Numbered from the stretch's first letter, positions 12,003 through 23,196 are shown. The stretch is DNA of 64,000 nt from an uncultured beta proteobacterium (GCA_963772865.1 CAVYZA010000023.1:18664-82663), one strand, 5' to 3'. A program made the numbers and translations. The notes: generated by a model not told the origin, from the letters alone.

Positions 12003-13401
12003 ATGAGCCGCCTGCGACGCTGGCAGAAGTACTTCGAGGATTCCAGGACCGCCGTGCGGGCGAGCCAGCCGTTCACCGTGAGCGGGCGGCTGACGCGGGT
12101 GGCGGGGCTGGTGATGGAGGCGGTGGGGCTCAAGCTGCCGGTGGGCAACAGCTGCTTCGTGCTGACGCCCGAGCGGGCAGCGCGTGGATGCGGAGGTCGT
12201 CGGCTTCTCCGGCGACCGGCTGTTCCTGATGCCCTCGACCGACATCTACGGGCTGAAGCCGGGCGCGCTGGTGATTCCCGGTCGACCCAGCCGTCACCCG
12301 CGTGCCGCGGCTGGGCGAGGACTTCGTGCCGCGCCGGCGCGCCGAGGATCGCGCCCGGCAGGTCGCGGTGGGCGCACGCGCTGCTCGGGCGCGTCGTCGA
12401 CGGCGCCGGGCCGGCCGCTGGACGACCATGGCGCGCTGGCGCTGGACCGCTACGTGCCGCTGCACAGCCGGCCGATCAATCCGCTCGACCGCGCGCCGAT
12501 CCGCACCGTGCTGGACGTCGGCGTGCGCGCGATCAACTCGCTGCTTACCGTCGGGCGCGGCCAGCGTCTCGGGCTCTTCGCCGGCAGCGGCGTGGGCAAG
12601 AGCGTGCTGCTCGGCATGATGGCGCGCTACACCAGCGCCGACCTGGTGGTGGTCGGGTTGATCGGCGAGCGCGGCCGCGAGGTGCGCGAGTTCGTCGAGA
12701 CGATCCTGGGGAGCGAGGGCCTGGCGCGCTCGGTGGTGGTGGCCGCGCCGGCCGACAGCCCGCCGCTGATGCGCCTGCACGGCGCCTCCTATGCCACCGC
12801 CATCGCCGAGTACTTCCGCGACCAGGGCAAGCACGTGCTGCTGATCATGGACTCGCTCACCCGCTTCGCCATGGCCCAGCGCGAGATCAGCCTGGCGATC
12901 GGCGAGCCGCCCGCCACCAAGGGCTACACGCCGTCGGTGTTCGCCAAGCTGCCGCAGCTGGTGGAGCGCGCCGGCAACGGGCCGGAGAAGCGCGGGTCGA
13001 TCACCGCCTTCTACACCGTCCTGGTCGAGGGCGACGACCTGCAGGATCCGATCGCCGACGCGGCGCGTGCGATCCTGGATGGCCATATCGTCCTCACGCG
13101 CGACCTGGCCGACCAGGGCCACTACCCGTCGATCGACATCGAGGCCTCGATCAGCCGGGCGATGACCGAGCTGCTCAGCGCCGGCGAGCTCGAGCTGGTA
13201 CGCCGTTTCAAGCAGCTGTTCTCGGCCTACCGCCGCTCGCGCGATCTGATCGCGGTGGGCGCCTATGTGCGCGGCGCGGATCCGGTGGTGGACCGGGCGG
13301 TGGCGTTGTATCCGCAGCTCATCGCGTTTCTGCAGCAGGACCTGCAGGAGCGGGCCGACGTGGCGAGCTGCCGGGCGCGCTTGCGGGAGCTGCTCGCCTG
13401 A
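12003..13401 (+). CDS. fliI: flagellum-specific ATPase FliI (frame changes in the N-terminal third)
   Basis: Walker [18 protein letters not shown] and Walker [28 protein letters not shown] and [10 protein letters not shown] are in ORF 12184..13401. The N-terminus [24 protein letters not shown] is in another frame. Confidence 0.88.
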
Positions 13402-13848
13402 TGGCAGCGCCGTTCCGATTGCAGACGGTGCTGGAGCTCGCGGCGCGCCGCTGGACGTGGCCACGGCGGAGCTGCAGAAGCTGCGCCTGCGCCTGCAGCA
13501 GGCCCAGGACAGGCTCGACCAGTTGCAAGGCTACCGCGCCGAGTACGAGGCGAGCCTGGCAGCCGAGCTCGCGCAGGGCCTGCCAGCCGACCGGCTGCGC
13601 GATTTCCAGGCCTTCCTCGCCAAGCTCGCGCGCGCGATCGAAGCGCAGGGGGCCGAGGTGGCGCGCTGCCGGCAAACCTGGGAAGAGGAGCATCAGCGCT
13701 GGTTGCGGCTGCGCAACCGTGAGCAGGCGCTGCAGGTTCTGCGCGTGCGCGGCACGAGCACGGCGAGGCGGTGCGCGATGCGCGCGTCGAGCAGAAGCAG
13801 CAGGACGAGTTTGCCCTCCGTGGCAGGCGCTCCGACCGCGAGGTGTGA
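13401..13848 (+). CDS. fliJ: flagellar export chaperone FliJ (frame changes)
   Basis: [14 protein letters not shown], then LQQAQDRLDQLQGYRAEYE..RWLRLRNREQALQVL. Position between fliI and fliK. Start overlaps the fliI stop (TGATG). Confidence 0.65.
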
Positions 13849-13923
13849 CGCCCGCGCACGCTTTGCACGACCCGTGGCACGCGGCTTGCAGAACGAGGCC
13901 GCAAGTCTTCGTGTAGATGCCGC

Positions 13924-15066
13924 ATGGCCAGCCCCGCACCCATCGCCCCGCCTCAATTGCCGGCGAGCCCATCCGCTCCCGGCAACGCGCCGCCAGCCAA
14001 GGGAGGTGACGACGACGCAGTCTCGTTCGACGCCGTGCTCGCTGCTGCCCTCGCCGTGCCCTCGGGCGCGAGCGTAGATCCGCTCGCAACGGCCTCCGCG
14101 CCGGCCGATGCAGGTCAGCCTGAAGCCAAGCCGGCGGACGCGACGCAGAACACGGATTTGCCCGCGCAGGTCCTGGACGGCGCGGCTGCGGCTCAAGTGG
14201 TGGTGGCTGCGCAGATGGCAGTTCCCGTCGCACCCGCTTCTGGGACGCCTGCGATAGCGGTCGATGGGCTGGCGCCGGCCAAGCCCGCGGTGGCGGATCC
14301 TGGCGTCGTCCCTGCGGCGACCGCGACGCGTGCGGATGCCGCGCCGGCCTCGCCGTCATCGGTCCCGGCCTTGCCGTCATCGGTGAAAGGACCACCCGTG
14401 CCGGACCCGGCAGGTCCCGACCCGGCAAGTATTGCCGCACCCACCCTCGCCGCGATGCGGCCGACGGCCGACCCGGCCCCCGTTTCGGCCTTGGCAGAGT
14501 CCTCGCCGAAGCCCGATTCCGCAACAACTCCGCACCACGATTCGAACACGCCGATCAACGTCGTGCCGATCGCCAGCGAACGCGTCGACAATGCGGCGCG
14601 CCCTTCCGCCCAGCCGGTGCGTCTGGAAATGGCCGCTCCGGTGGGCAGCCGCGAGTTCGGCACAGAGATGGGAAACCGGCTGGTGTGGATGGCTACCAAC
14701 AATCACCAGGTGGCGGAGTTGCGCATCGATCCACCTCAGCTGGGACCGGTCGAGGTGCGCTTGTCGATCGCGAACGACCAGGCCAGCTTGTCGTTTGCAT
14801 CTCCGCATGCGGCGGTGCGCGATGCCATCCAGGCGAGCCTGCCGCGCCTGCAGGACATGCTGCAGGGACTGGGAATCAGCCTCGGCAACGTTTCCGTCGG
14901 CGCGGAAAGCTTCGCTCAGGGCAACCCGGACCACTCGGCGCTTGCCCAGGGCTGGGCCGGGGCCGAGCACGCGCTCGCCGACCCCGCTTATCTCCTGCAC
15001 CCTGGCACCGCGGCGGGGGTCCTGCCGCTGCGGGCCGGCCTCGGCGTGATCGACGTATACGCCTGA
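13924..15066 (+). CDS. fliK: flagellar hook-length control protein FliK
   Basis: Intact 380-aa ORF. Pro/Ala-rich N-terminal half. Conserved C-terminal domain AELRIDPPQLGPVEVRLSIANDQASLSFASPHAAVRDAIQASLPRLQDML. Confidence 0.8.
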   Translation: MASPAPIAPPQLPASPSAPGNAPPAKGGDDDAVSFDAVLAAALAVPSGASVDPLATASAPADAGQPEAKPADATQNTDLPAQVLDGAAAAQVVVAAQMAVPVAPASGTPAIAVDGLAPAKPAVADPGVVPAATATRADAAPASPSSVPALPSSVKGPPVPDPAGPDPASIAAPTLAAMRPTADPAPVSALAESSPKPDSATTPHHDSNTPINVVPIASERVDNAARPSAQPVRLEMAAPVGSREFGTEMGNRLVWMATNNHQVAELRIDPPQLGPVEVRLSIANDQASLSFASPHAAVRDAIQASLPRLQDMLQGLGISLGNVSVGAESFAQGNPDHSALAQGWAGAEHALADPAYLLHPGTAAGVLPLRAGLGVIDVYA

Positions 15067-15235
15067 CGCCGGCTGTTGCCTGTCGTCTAGAAACCACCTA
15101 AACTGCCCTGCGCAAGGGCATTGTTTTTCCTCCGCTTTGACATCCGCTGGGCTCAGATTCCAGCGGCCTGGCCGTAATAGCCGGGGAGGGCCGGCTGGCT
15201 GGCGGCCATTGATCACGTCGACGGGGAAAGACACC

Positions 15236-15821
15236 ATGTCCAAGAGCGAAGTCCAGACGGAAACGGCGGGCGCACCAGGTGGCAAGAAGAAGCGCGTTGT
15301 CATTATCATCGGTGTCGTGTTGGCGCTCGTTGCTGTGCGGCGCGGGCGCCTGGTTCCTGCTGGGGACGGGGAAGAAGGCTGAGCACGCAGAGAAAGTCGT
15401 TGTCAACGTCCCTCCCGTCTTCTTTACTCTGGACCCGTTCGTGGTGAATCTGGCTGGCGAAGTCCAGCACTACCTGCAGGTGGGGATCGATCTGAAGATC
15501 GCGGATGAGCACGTGCGGGACCGGATCAAGGCGCATCTCCCGGAGATCCGCAACGGCGTGCTGCTGTTGCTGTCGAGCAAGCAGCTCGACGACCTGTCCT
15601 CGCTGGAAGGCAAGAACCAGCTGCGCGCGGAGATTCGCGAAGTCGTGAACCAGCCGCTCGGCGTCCACACCCCGGCGGGCAAGCCCCTGGCCGCTGCGCC
15701 TGAGGGTGCCGGCGGCGGTGAAGCGCACGCTGCCGAGGTCAAGCCCGCGGCGGATCGGGCCGCGCCAGAACCGGCCGACGGTGTCCTCGAAGTCCTGCTC
15801 ACCTCGTTCGTGATCCAATGA
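15236..15821 (+). CDS. fliL: flagellar basal body-associated protein FliL (one frameshift near 15300)
   Basis: MSKSEV..KKKRVVIIIGVVLALVAV (TM segment), then PVFFTLDPFVVNL..YLQVGIDLKI, IRNGVLLLLSSK..LEGKNQLRAEI. Confidence 0.75.
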
Positions 15822-15844
15822 CGCGCATGCGCCGCGCCGCGTAG

Positions 15845-16831
15845 ATGGCAGAAGACATCCTCTCCCAGGAGGAAGTCGACGCGCTGCTGCGCGGGGTGAG
15901 CGGCGAGGCCGAAGATGCGGCTGCCGAGGCGCCAGCAGCAGGCGGCGTGCAGCCCTACGACATCGGCAGGCAGGAGCGCGTCGTGCGCGGGCGCATGCCC
16001 ACGCTGGAGCTGGTGCACGAGCGCTTCGCCCGTGCCCTGCGCGGCTCGCTCGCCAACCTGACGCGCCGCAGCGTCGAGATCTCCGTCGCACCGGTGCGGG
16101 TGCTGCGCTACAGCGAGTTTCTCCGCAACCTCGCGGTTCCCGCCAACCTCAACCTGGTGCAGGTCAAGCCGCTGCGCGGGACCGGCCTGATGGTGTTCGA
16201 GCCGAACCTGGTGTTCCAGGTGATCGACACGCTGTTCGGCGGCCAGGGCAAGCTGCAGTCGCGCATCGAGGGACGCGAGCTGACGCCCACCGAGATGCGC
16301 ATCGTCACGCGCATGCTCAACCTTGCGTTCGATGCGTACCAGAAAGCCTGGCAGCCGGTGCATCCGGTGACCCTGGAGCACGTGCGCTCGGAAACCAACC
16401 CGCAGTTCGTCAACATCGCGGTGCCCAGCGAATCGGTGGTCAGCGTCACGCTCAGCGTCGATCTGGGCGGCGCCGGCGGCGATTTTCACGTTTGTCTGCC
16501 CTATGCTATGCTCGAACCGATTCGCACCGTCATCTACAGCAGCGTGCAGGCGGAGCGCGGAGAGGCGGACAGCCGCTGGGTGTCGTTGCTGTCGGCGCAG
16601 GTGTATCGCGCCGAGGCGGAGCTGGTGGCCGATCTCGCCCACGCGACCGTGAGCATCGGCCAGCTCATGGCGCTTCAACCCGGGGACGTGGTTGCGCTCG
16701 ATCTCCCCGAGCTGGTGTCGGCAACCGTCAACGGCGTGCCGGTGCTGGAGTGCCGCTACGGCGTGGTGAGAGGGCAGTACGCGCTGAAAGTCGAGCGCGT
16801 GCTGGGCGGGGAGCAAGATGGCGGACAGTGA
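15845..16831 (+). CDS. fliM: flagellar motor switch protein FliM
   Basis: Intact 328-aa ORF: ILSQEEVDALL, YDIGRQERVVRGRMPTLELVHERFAR. Confidence 0.9.
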   Translation: MAEDILSQEEVDALLRGVSGEAEDAAAEAPAAGGVQPYDIGRQERVVRGRMPTLELVHERFARALRGSLANLTRRSVEISVAPVRVLRYSEFLRNLAVPANLNLVQVKPLRGTGLMVFEPNLVFQVIDTLFGGQGKLQSRIEGRELTPTEMRIVTRMLNLAFDAYQKAWQPVHPVTLEHVRSETNPQFVNIAVPSESVVSVTLSVDLGGAGGDFHVCLPYAMLEPIRTVIYSSVQAERGEADSRWVSLLSAQVYRAEAELVADLAHATVSIGQLMALQPGDVVALDLPELVSATVNGVPVLECRYGVVRGQYALKVERVLGGEQDGGQ

Positions 16832-17225
16832 CCTGAAGGGCGACGTCAGCGCTGATCAGTGGGCCTCCGCAATGGCAGATCAGGATTCCGCCGCGCGCGG
16901 CAGCAGGCCGCAGCCGAAAGTGTTCTCCGAGCTCACCAGCGACGCGTCTGCAGCGGGCGCTCCGGGCCGGATCGACATGATCCTCGACATCCCGGTCCAG
17001 CTCACGGTCGAGCTGGGGCGCACCAAGATCCCGATCCGCGATCTCCTGCAGCTGGTGCAGGGCTCGGTGGTCGAGCTGGACCGGCTCGCCGGCGAGCCCA
17101 TGGACGTGCTGGTCAACGGCTGCCTCATCGCCCAGGGCGAAGTGGTGGTGGTCAACGACAAGTTCGGCATCCGGCTCACCGACGTCATCGCACCCGACGA
17201 GCGACTGCGCCGCCTGAATCGATGA
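16818..17225 (+). CDS. fliN: flagellar motor switch protein FliN
   Basis: 135 aa. C-terminal SpoA domain: ILDIPVQLTVELGRTKIPIRDLLQLVQGSVVELDRLAGEPMDVLVNG..GEVVVVNDKFGIRLTD. Confidence 0.9.
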   Translation: MADSDLKGDVSADQWASAMADQDSAARGSRPQPKVFSELTSDASAAGAPGRIDMILDIPVQLTVELGRTKIPIRDLLQLVQGSVVELDRLAGEPMDVLVNGCLIAQGEVVVVNDKFGIRLTDVIAPDERLRRLNR

Positions 17226-17680
17226 GCCGGCATGCGCAAGCGCTCGGCGCTTGCCGAACGGCATCCTGGCACCTTCTCCTCGGCGCTGCCGCCGCTGCAC
17301 AGGCGGCCGAGAGCAGCACACCGCCGGCCGTCGCATCTCCTGTCTCCTTCATCAGCCTGCTGCAGGTCCTGTTCGCGCTGTTGATCGTGCTCGGTGCGAT
17401 CGGCCTGTTCGCCTGGCTGATGCGCCGCTTCGTGCCCGGCCAGGCCGGCGCGGGCGGCGTCCTCAAAGTGGTCGGGGGGGTCATGGTCGGGCCCAAGGAG
17501 CGCCTGGTCGTCGTCGAAGTCGGGGACACCTGGCTGCTGCTCGGTGTGGCAGCGAGCAGCGTCACCTTGGTTCACAGCATGCCCAAACCGCTGCAGGCGG
17601 CGGAGTTGCAACCGGGCGCGGGCGGCGCGTTTCAGCGTCTACTGGGGCAGGCACTAGGCCGCGCGCGTTCCGAGCGATAG
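17222..17680 (+). CDS. fliO: flagellar biosynthesis protein FliO
   Basis: ATG overlaps the fliN stop. Single TM segment LLQVLFALLIVLGAIGLFAWLMRRF, then LKVVGGVMVGPKERLVVVEVGDTWLLLGV. Confidence 0.75.
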   Translation: MSRHAQALGACRTASWHLLLGAAAAAQAAESSTPPAVASPVSFISLLQVLFALLIVLGAIGLFAWLMRRFVPGQAGAGGVLKVVGGVMVGPKERLVVVEVGDTWLLLGVAASSVTLVHSMPKPLQAAELQPGAGGAFQRLLGQALGRARSER

Positions 17681-17716
17681 CGATGCGCGCGCAACGACCT
17701 TGCTGGTCTGATTCTC

Positions 17717-18436
17717 TTGCCTGCGCTGGTCGTGGCCTCGCAGCAGGCGCTCGCCCAGGCGGCGCTGCCAGCCGTCACGGCCACGCCCGCGCCCGGAGGC
17801 GGTCAGACCTTCACGCTCACGATCCAGACGCTGCTGTTCCTCACTTCGCTCACCTTCCTGCCGGCGATCCTGTTGATGATGACCTCGTTCACTCGCATCA
17901 TCATCGTGCTGTCGCTGCTGCGTCAGGCGCTGGGCACCGTGCAGGCTCCGCCCAACCAGGTCCTGATCGGCCTGTCGCTGTTCCTCACGTTCTTCGTCAT
18001 GGCGCCGGTCTTCGAGCAGATGTATCGCGAAGCTTATGTCCCCTTCTCGGAGCGGCGTCTGGGGTTCAACGAGGCCCTGGAGCGCGGCTCGGTGCCGCTC
18101 AAGGGCTTCATGCTGCGCCAGACCCGCCAGTCCGATCTGGCGCTGTTCGCCAACATCGCCAAGGCGCCGCCGCTGGCGAGCCCGGACCAGGTGCCCATGA
18201 AGATCCTGGTGCCCGCCTACGTGATCAGCGAGCTCAAGACCGCGTTTCAGATCGGGTTCGTGGTGTTCATCCCCTTCCTCATCATCGACCTGGTCGTCTC
18301 CAGCGTGCTCATGTCGATGGGTATGATGATGCTGTCGCCGGTGATCATCTCGCTGCCGTTCAAGCTCATGCTGTTCGTGCTGGTGGACGGCTGGAACCTG
18401 CTGGTGGGATCGCTGGTGCAGAGCTTCTATACATGA
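17717..18436 (+). CDS. fliP: flagellar type III export protein FliP
   Basis: [30 protein letters not shown], and [12 protein letters not shown] at the C-terminus. The true start may lie upstream (ATG 17683, out of frame). Confidence 0.88.
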   Translation: MPALVVASQQALAQAALPAVTATPAPGGGQTFTLTIQTLLFLTSLTFLPAILLMMTSFTRIIIVLSLLRQALGTVQAPPNQVLIGLSLFLTFFVMAPVFEQMYREAYVPFSERRLGFNEALERGSVPLKGFMLRQTRQSDLALFANIAKAPPLASPDQVPMKILVPAYVISELKTAFQIGFVVFIPFLIIDLVVSSVLMSMGMMMLSPVIISLPFKLMLFVLVDGWNLLVGSLVQSFYT

Positions 18437-18449
18437 GGCGCGCAGCGCC

Positions 18450-18719
18450 GTGACGCCCGAAACCGTCATCAACCTCGTCCGGCAGGCCCTCGAGATCACC
18501 GTGCTGCTGTCGGCGCCGCTGCTGCTCGCGGCGCTGGCGACCGGCCTGCTGGTCAGCGTGTTCCAGGCCGCTACCCAGATCAACGAGATGACGCTGTCGT
18601 TCATTCCCAAGCTGCTGGCGATCTTCGCTGCCGCCGTGCTGGCCGGCCCGTGGATGCTGAGCCTGCTGGTCGACTTCACCCGCCGTCTGTTCTCGGCCAT
18701 CCCGGGCATGATCGGCTGA
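18450..18719 (+). CDS. fliQ: flagellar type III export protein FliQ
   Basis: 89-aa ORF: MTPETVINLVRQALEITVLLSAPLLL..VSVFQAATQINEMTLSFIPK. Confidence 0.9.
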   Translation: MTPETVINLVRQALEITVLLSAPLLLAALATGLLVSVFQAATQINEMTLSFIPKLLAIFAAAVLAGPWMLSLLVDFTRRLFSAIPGMIG

Positions 18720-18735
18720 GCCACCGGATTGGTGC

Positions 18736-19524
18736 GTGATCAGCATCAGCTCGCAGCAGTGGTACGCCTGGATCGCTGCGTTCGTCTGGCCGTTCCTGCG
18801 CGTGCTCGGGCTGATCCTGGCCGAGCCGGTGATGGGCAATCGCGTGGTACCGGTGACCGTCAAAGTCGGATTTGCGCTCTTCGTCACCCTGGTGGTGGCG
18901 CCGCTGCTGCCGCCGATGCCCGCGGCGGAGCCGGCATCGGCGGCGGGTGTGTTGATCGCGATCCAGCAGCTGTTGATCGGGCTGGCCATGGGCTTCACCA
19001 TCCGCATCGCGCTGACTGCGGCGGAGATGGCCGGCCAGCTCTCGGGCCTGCAGATGGGCCTGGGCTTCGCGGTGTTCTTCGACCCTCAGAGCAGTGCGCA
19101 GACGGCTGTGCTGGGACAGTTCGTGGGGCTGTTCGCGATCTTGATCTTCCTCTCCACCAATGGTCATGCACTGGTGCTCACGGCTCTGGCCGACAGCTTT
19201 GCGGCGCTGCCGGTCAGCGCGGCGCCGGTTGATCCGCTGGGATTTCGCGTGCTGCTGGACTGGGGGACGGTGATCTTCCACACCGGTCTCACTGTCGCGC
19301 TGCCGGTGATTGCAGCGCTGCTGATCGCCAACATCGCGGTCGGCATCATGACTCGTGCCGCCCCGCAGTTGAATCTGTTCGCCGTCGGTTTTCCGATCAC
19401 GCTGATGACCGGGTTCGTCGCGATGTATTTTGCCGTGCCCTACATGGGGCCGGCCCTGGGGCATTTGTTCGAGCAGGCCGTTCTCGCCATGGGGCGGGTG
19501 GTCGAGGCGTTTGCTCCGCACTGA
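18736..19524 (+). CDS. fliR: flagellar type III export protein FliR
   Basis: 262-aa polytopic ORF following fliQ: FVWPFLRVLGLILAEPV, AAEMAGQLSGLQMGLGFA. Confidence 0.88.
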   Translation: MISISSQQWYAWIAAFVWPFLRVLGLILAEPVMGNRVVPVTVKVGFALFVTLVVAPLLPPMPAAEPASAAGVLIAIQQLLIGLAMGFTIRIALTAAEMAGQLSGLQMGLGFAVFFDPQSSAQTAVLGQFVGLFAILIFLSTNGHALVLTALADSFAALPVSAAPVDPLGFRVLLDWGTVIFHTGLTVALPVIAALLIANIAVGIMTRAAPQLNLFAVGFPITLMTGFVAMYFAVPYMGPALGHLFEQAVLAMGRVVEAFAPH

Positions 19525-19541
19525 GGGTCACTGCGCCGGCC

Positions 19542-20093
19542 ATGGACCCTTCCCACGGTTTGCAGACACCCTCGGCCTGGGTGGTCCGCTTCGCCGGCCT
19601 GATCGCGGCGGGTGGCCGCGTGCTCGACGTTGCCTGCGGACAGGGTCGCCATAGCCGCTACCTCGCTGGCCTGGGCTTGCGGGTGGTGGCGGTGGATCGC
19701 GACCCGCAGGCCGTCGCAGCGCTGACCGGCGTGCCGGGCGTGCGGGCGACCCTCGCCGACATCGAAGGCGGCCCGTGGCCTTATGCCGGCGAGCGCTTCG
19801 ACGCCGTCGTGGTGACCAACTATCTGCACCGTCCGCTGCTGTCGGTGCTGCGCGACAGCCTGCTGCCCGCGGGCGTGCTGATCTACGAAACCTTTGCTGC
19901 CGGGAACCAACGCTACGGCCGGCCATCGAACCCGGAATTCCTGCTGGAGCCGGGCGAGTTGCTGGAGCTGTGCCGGGGTCTGCGCGTCATCGCCTACGAA
20001 GACGTGTACGTTGAGGACCCCAAGCCGGCCCTGGTACAGCGGGTGTGCGCAGTGCAGGGCGGCACGCCTCAAGGGGCGGGCCGGATGAGTTAG
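19542..20093 (+). CDS. class I SAM-dependent methyltransferase
   Basis: 183 aa with motif I: [28 protein letters not shown]. Confidence 0.7.
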   Translation: MDPSHGLQTPSAWVVRFAGLIAAGGRVLDVACGQGRHSRYLAGLGLRVVAVDRDPQAVAALTGVPGVRATLADIEGGPWPYAGERFDAVVVTNYLHRPLLSVLRDSLLPAGVLIYETFAAGNQRYGRPSNPEFLLEPGELLELCRGLRVIAYEDVYVEDPKPALVQRVCAVQGGTPQGAGRMS

Positions 20094-20146
20094 AATCCGC
20101 GCTGATTTTTCATCCCGCGCAACCCTCAGTACAAAGGGAGAGAACA

Positions 20147-21043
20147 ATGCTCAGAGGCAGCCTGGTAGCCATCGTCTCACCCATGCAGGAGGACGGCAGC
20201 CTCGACCTGGAGGCCTTCGGCCGCCTCATCGACTGGCACATCGCCGAGGGGACGGACGGGATCGTCGTGGTCGGCACCACGGGCGAGTCGCCGACCGTGG
20301 ATTTCGCCGAGCACACCCTGCTGATCAGGACGGCGATCGGACGTTCTGCCGGGCGCGTGCCGATCATCGCCGGTACCGGCGCCAACTCCACCCGCGAAGC
20401 GATCGAGCTGCAGGCCTTCGCCAAGAAGGCCGGGGCAGATCAATGCCTGTCAGTGGTGCCCTACTACAACAGGCCGACCCAGGAAGGGCTGTACCGGCAT
20501 TTCCAGGCGGTCGCGGAGGCGGTGGACATCCCTATGATCGTCTACAACGTGCCGTCCCGCACCGTGGCCGATCTGCACAACGACACGACGCTGCGCCTGG
20601 CGCAGATCCCCAACATCATCGGCGTCAAGGATGCGACCGGCAACCTGGAGCGCGGCGCGGACCTGATCCGGCGCGCACCCAAAGGCTTCGCGATCTACAG
20701 CGGCGACGATGCCACCGCGCTGGCGCTCACGCTGATGGGCGGGGACGGGGTCATTTCGGTGACCGCGAACGTCGCTCCGCGCCTGATGCACGAGATGTGC
20801 GTCGCCGCTTTCGGCGCCGACCTGAATCGTGCCCGCGCCGCCAACAACCGGCTGCTCGGGCTGCACCGTCACCTGTTCGTAGAAGCCAACCCGATCCCGG
20901 TGAAATGGGTGCTCCAGCAGATGGGGCTGATCCGCGGCGGTATCCGCCTGCCGCTGACGCCCTTGTCCTCTTCCTTCCACGACCTGCTGCGCGGAGCCAT
21001 GGACCAGGCGGGGCTGAGCGTGCCGCAACGCCAGCCAGCGTGA
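20147..21043 (+). CDS. dapA: 4-hydroxy-tetrahydrodipicolinate synthase
   Basis: [78 protein letters not shown]. Confidence 0.92.
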   Translation: MLRGSLVAIVSPMQEDGSLDLEAFGRLIDWHIAEGTDGIVVVGTTGESPTVDFAEHTLLIRTAIGRSAGRVPIIAGTGANSTREAIELQAFAKKAGADQCLSVVPYYNRPTQEGLYRHFQAVAEAVDIPMIVYNVPSRTVADLHNDTTLRLAQIPNIIGVKDATGNLERGADLIRRAPKGFAIYSGDDATALALTLMGGDGVISVTANVAPRLMHEMCVAAFGADLNRARAANNRLLGLHRHLFVEANPIPVKWVLQQMGLIRGGIRLPLTPLSSSFHDLLRGAMDQAGLSVPQRQPA

Positions 21044-21086
21044 CCGCCCGATGCGCGGCGCGGTAGCACATGAGTACGAAGATCGT

Positions 21087-22217
21087 ATGAGGCGCAGATT
21101 TGCCCTGATAGGCGTAGTCGCCGCTGCCGCGCTGGTTGTCGGCTGCAAGTCCTCCGTGCTGGAGAACAAGAAAGTCGACTACAAGTCGGCCAAGGAAGCC
21201 CGGCCGCTGGAAGTGCCGCCGGACATCGCAGCCCCCGCGACCAGCGATCGCTACGCGCTGCCGGATGCCCCGGCCCGCGCCACGGCTACGTACTCGGAGT
21301 ACGCGCAGGACAAGCCTACCCGCAATCAGCTGCAGGGCGTGCTGCCGAAGATCGAAAGCGCCCACATCGAACGGGCCGGCAGTCAGCGCTGGCTGGTGGT
21401 GAACGAGCCGGTGGAGCAGGTGTGGCCGACCCTGCGCGAGTTCTGGCAGGAGATGGGGTTCATCGTCGCCGTGGACAACCCGCAGGTCGGCGTGATGGCC
21501 ACCGACTGGGCGGAGAACCGGGCGAAGATTCCGCAGAGCTGGCTCCGCGAAACCCTCGGCAAGGCCCTCGACCAGGCCTACTCGGCGCCCGAGCGCGACC
21601 GCTATCGCACGCGCGTGGAACGCAGCGCCGACGGCAAGAGCACCGAGATCTACATCAGCCACCAAGGCGCCTACGAGATGTACGTGAACGACGCCAACAT
21701 GCGTCAGACCGGCCGCACCGTCTGGCAGCCGCGCCCGCCCGATCCGAACCTGGAGGCCGAGATGCTCACTCGGCTGATGGTCAAGTTCGGGGTCAACCAG
21801 CAAGTCGCCACGGCCGAGGTCAGGAGCGCCAAGATCGAGCCGCGTGCCGCCCTCACCAAGGCTGATGGCCAGCCGGTGCTGACGATGAAGGACGACTTCG
21901 ATCGCAGCTGGCGCCGCGTCGGCCTGACGCTGGACCGCCTCGGCTTCGCCGTGCAGGATCGCGACCGTGCGGCGGGCACGTATTACGTCAAGTACATGAA
22001 TCCCTCGGACGTGCAGGAGAAGGGCTGGCTGTCGAAGCTGGCGTTCTGGGACAAGGACGATCCGGCGGCCAAGGCGGCGGAGTACCGTATCGCGGTCAAG
22101 GAGGCGGCTGCACCGGCCACCGGCTCGCGCGTGAGCGTGCTGTCCGGAGACGGCAAGCCTGAACAATCCGAGGTCGCCACCCGCATCCTCACCGTCCTGC
22201 TGGAAGACTTGAAGTAG
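21087..22217 (+). CDS. bamC: outer membrane protein assembly factor BamC (lipoprotein)
   Basis: Lipobox LVVGC in MRRRFALIGVVAAAALVVGCKS. Lies immediately downstream of dapA, the classical dapA-nlpB/bamC linkage. Contains LEVPPDI and the YISHQG region. Confidence 0.75.
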   Translation: MRRRFALIGVVAAAALVVGCKSSVLENKKVDYKSAKEARPLEVPPDIAAPATSDRYALPDAPARATATYSEYAQDKPTRNQLQGVLPKIESAHIERAGSQRWLVVNEPVEQVWPTLREFWQEMGFIVAVDNPQVGVMATDWAENRAKIPQSWLRETLGKALDQAYSAPERDRYRTRVERSADGKSTEIYISHQGAYEMYVNDANMRQTGRTVWQPRPPDPNLEAEMLTRLMVKFGVNQQVATAEVRSAKIEPRAALTKADGQPVLTMKDDFDRSWRRVGLTLDRLGFAVQDRDRAAGTYYVKYMNPSDVQEKGWLSKLAFWDKDDPAAKAAEYRIAVKEAAAPATGSRVSVLSGDGKPEQSEVATRILTVLLEDLK

Positions 22218-22276
22218 CCCGGTTGTGCTCGAAAACTTGAGATAACCCGCTTGTGCAGGAAGGTTTGAGATAACCG

Positions 22277-23041
22277 GTGCGCTTCGCCCTCCTCGGCAGC
22301 GGCAGTCAGGGCAACGCGCTTGTCGTCGAGGTGCAGGAGACCCGCCTCCTGCTGGACTGCGGGTTCGGCCTGGGCGAGACCGTGCGCCGCCTCGCCCGGC
22401 TGGGGCTGGAACCCGACCAGATTACGGCCGTCCTGGTCACCCACGAGCACGACGACCATCTCGGCGGGGTCGCCCGGCTCGCGCGCAAGTTCGCGCTGCC
22501 GGTGTGGGCCACCCCGGGGACGATGCGGGGCGTCGGCGGTTTGCTCGACGGCCTCGAGCTGCATCGCATCGAGGGCTACGCGTGCGTGTGCATCGGGTCC
22601 ATCGAAGTGCAGCCTTTCCCCGTGCCCCACGACGCGCGCGAGCCGGCTCAATACGTGTTCAGCGACGGCGTCCGCCGTCTGGGCGTCCTCACCGATACCG
22701 GCTGCGCTACACCCCACATCCGACGCGTTCTCGACGGCTGCGACGCGCTGGTGCTGGAAGCCAATCACGACCCCGACCTGCTCGAGCGCAGCGACTACCC
22801 GCCGGTGCTCAAGCAACGCATCGCCGGGCGCTTCGGGCACCTGGACAACGGCCAGGCTGCCGACCTGGTCACCCAGCTGGACTGCGCGCGGCTGCAGCAC
22901 ATGGTGGCCGCGCACCTGAGCCAGAACAACAATCGCCCCGACCTGGCGCGCGGAGCGCTGGCCGCCGCGCTCGCCTGCACCCCGGACTGGATCAGCGTTG
23001 CGGAGCAGGACAGCGGGTTGGATTGGCGTCAAATCAGCTGA
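22277..23041 (+). CDS. MBL-fold metallo-hydrolase
   Basis: 254 aa, GTG start. Contains the THEHDDH motif (VLVTHEHDDHLGG). Confidence 0.8.
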   Translation: MRFALLGSGSQGNALVVEVQETRLLLDCGFGLGETVRRLARLGLEPDQITAVLVTHEHDDHLGGVARLARKFALPVWATPGTMRGVGGLLDGLELHRIEGYACVCIGSIEVQPFPVPHDAREPAQYVFSDGVRRLGVLTDTGCATPHIRRVLDGCDALVLEANHDPDLLERSDYPPVLKQRIAGRFGHLDNGQAADLVTQLDCARLQHMVAAHLSQNNNRPDLARGALAAALACTPDWISVAEQDSGLDWRQIS

Positions 23042-23094
23042 TGCGCAGTCCCCTATCCATGAACGTGCGGGGGGTGTCGCAAGAGGGCCAGTCA

Positions 23095-23196
23095 AACCGC
23101 AAAGGCGCGAAGGCGCAAAGAACGGCCGCAAAGAGTTGCCATTGAAAACATGGGCTCTTCTTTGCGCATGCTTTGCGTCTTTGCGCCTTTGCGGTT
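23095..23196. repeat. GCAAAG-type inverted-repeat intergenic element, copy 3 (short core)
   Basis: AACCGCAAAGGCGCGAAGGCGCAAAGAACGGCCGCAAAGAG, a core of about 21 bp, then CTTCTTTGCGCATGCTTTGCGTCTTTGCGCCTTTGCGGTT. Nested inside a second perfect 14-bp inverted repeat (23069..23082 and 23211..23224). Confidence 0.75.
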
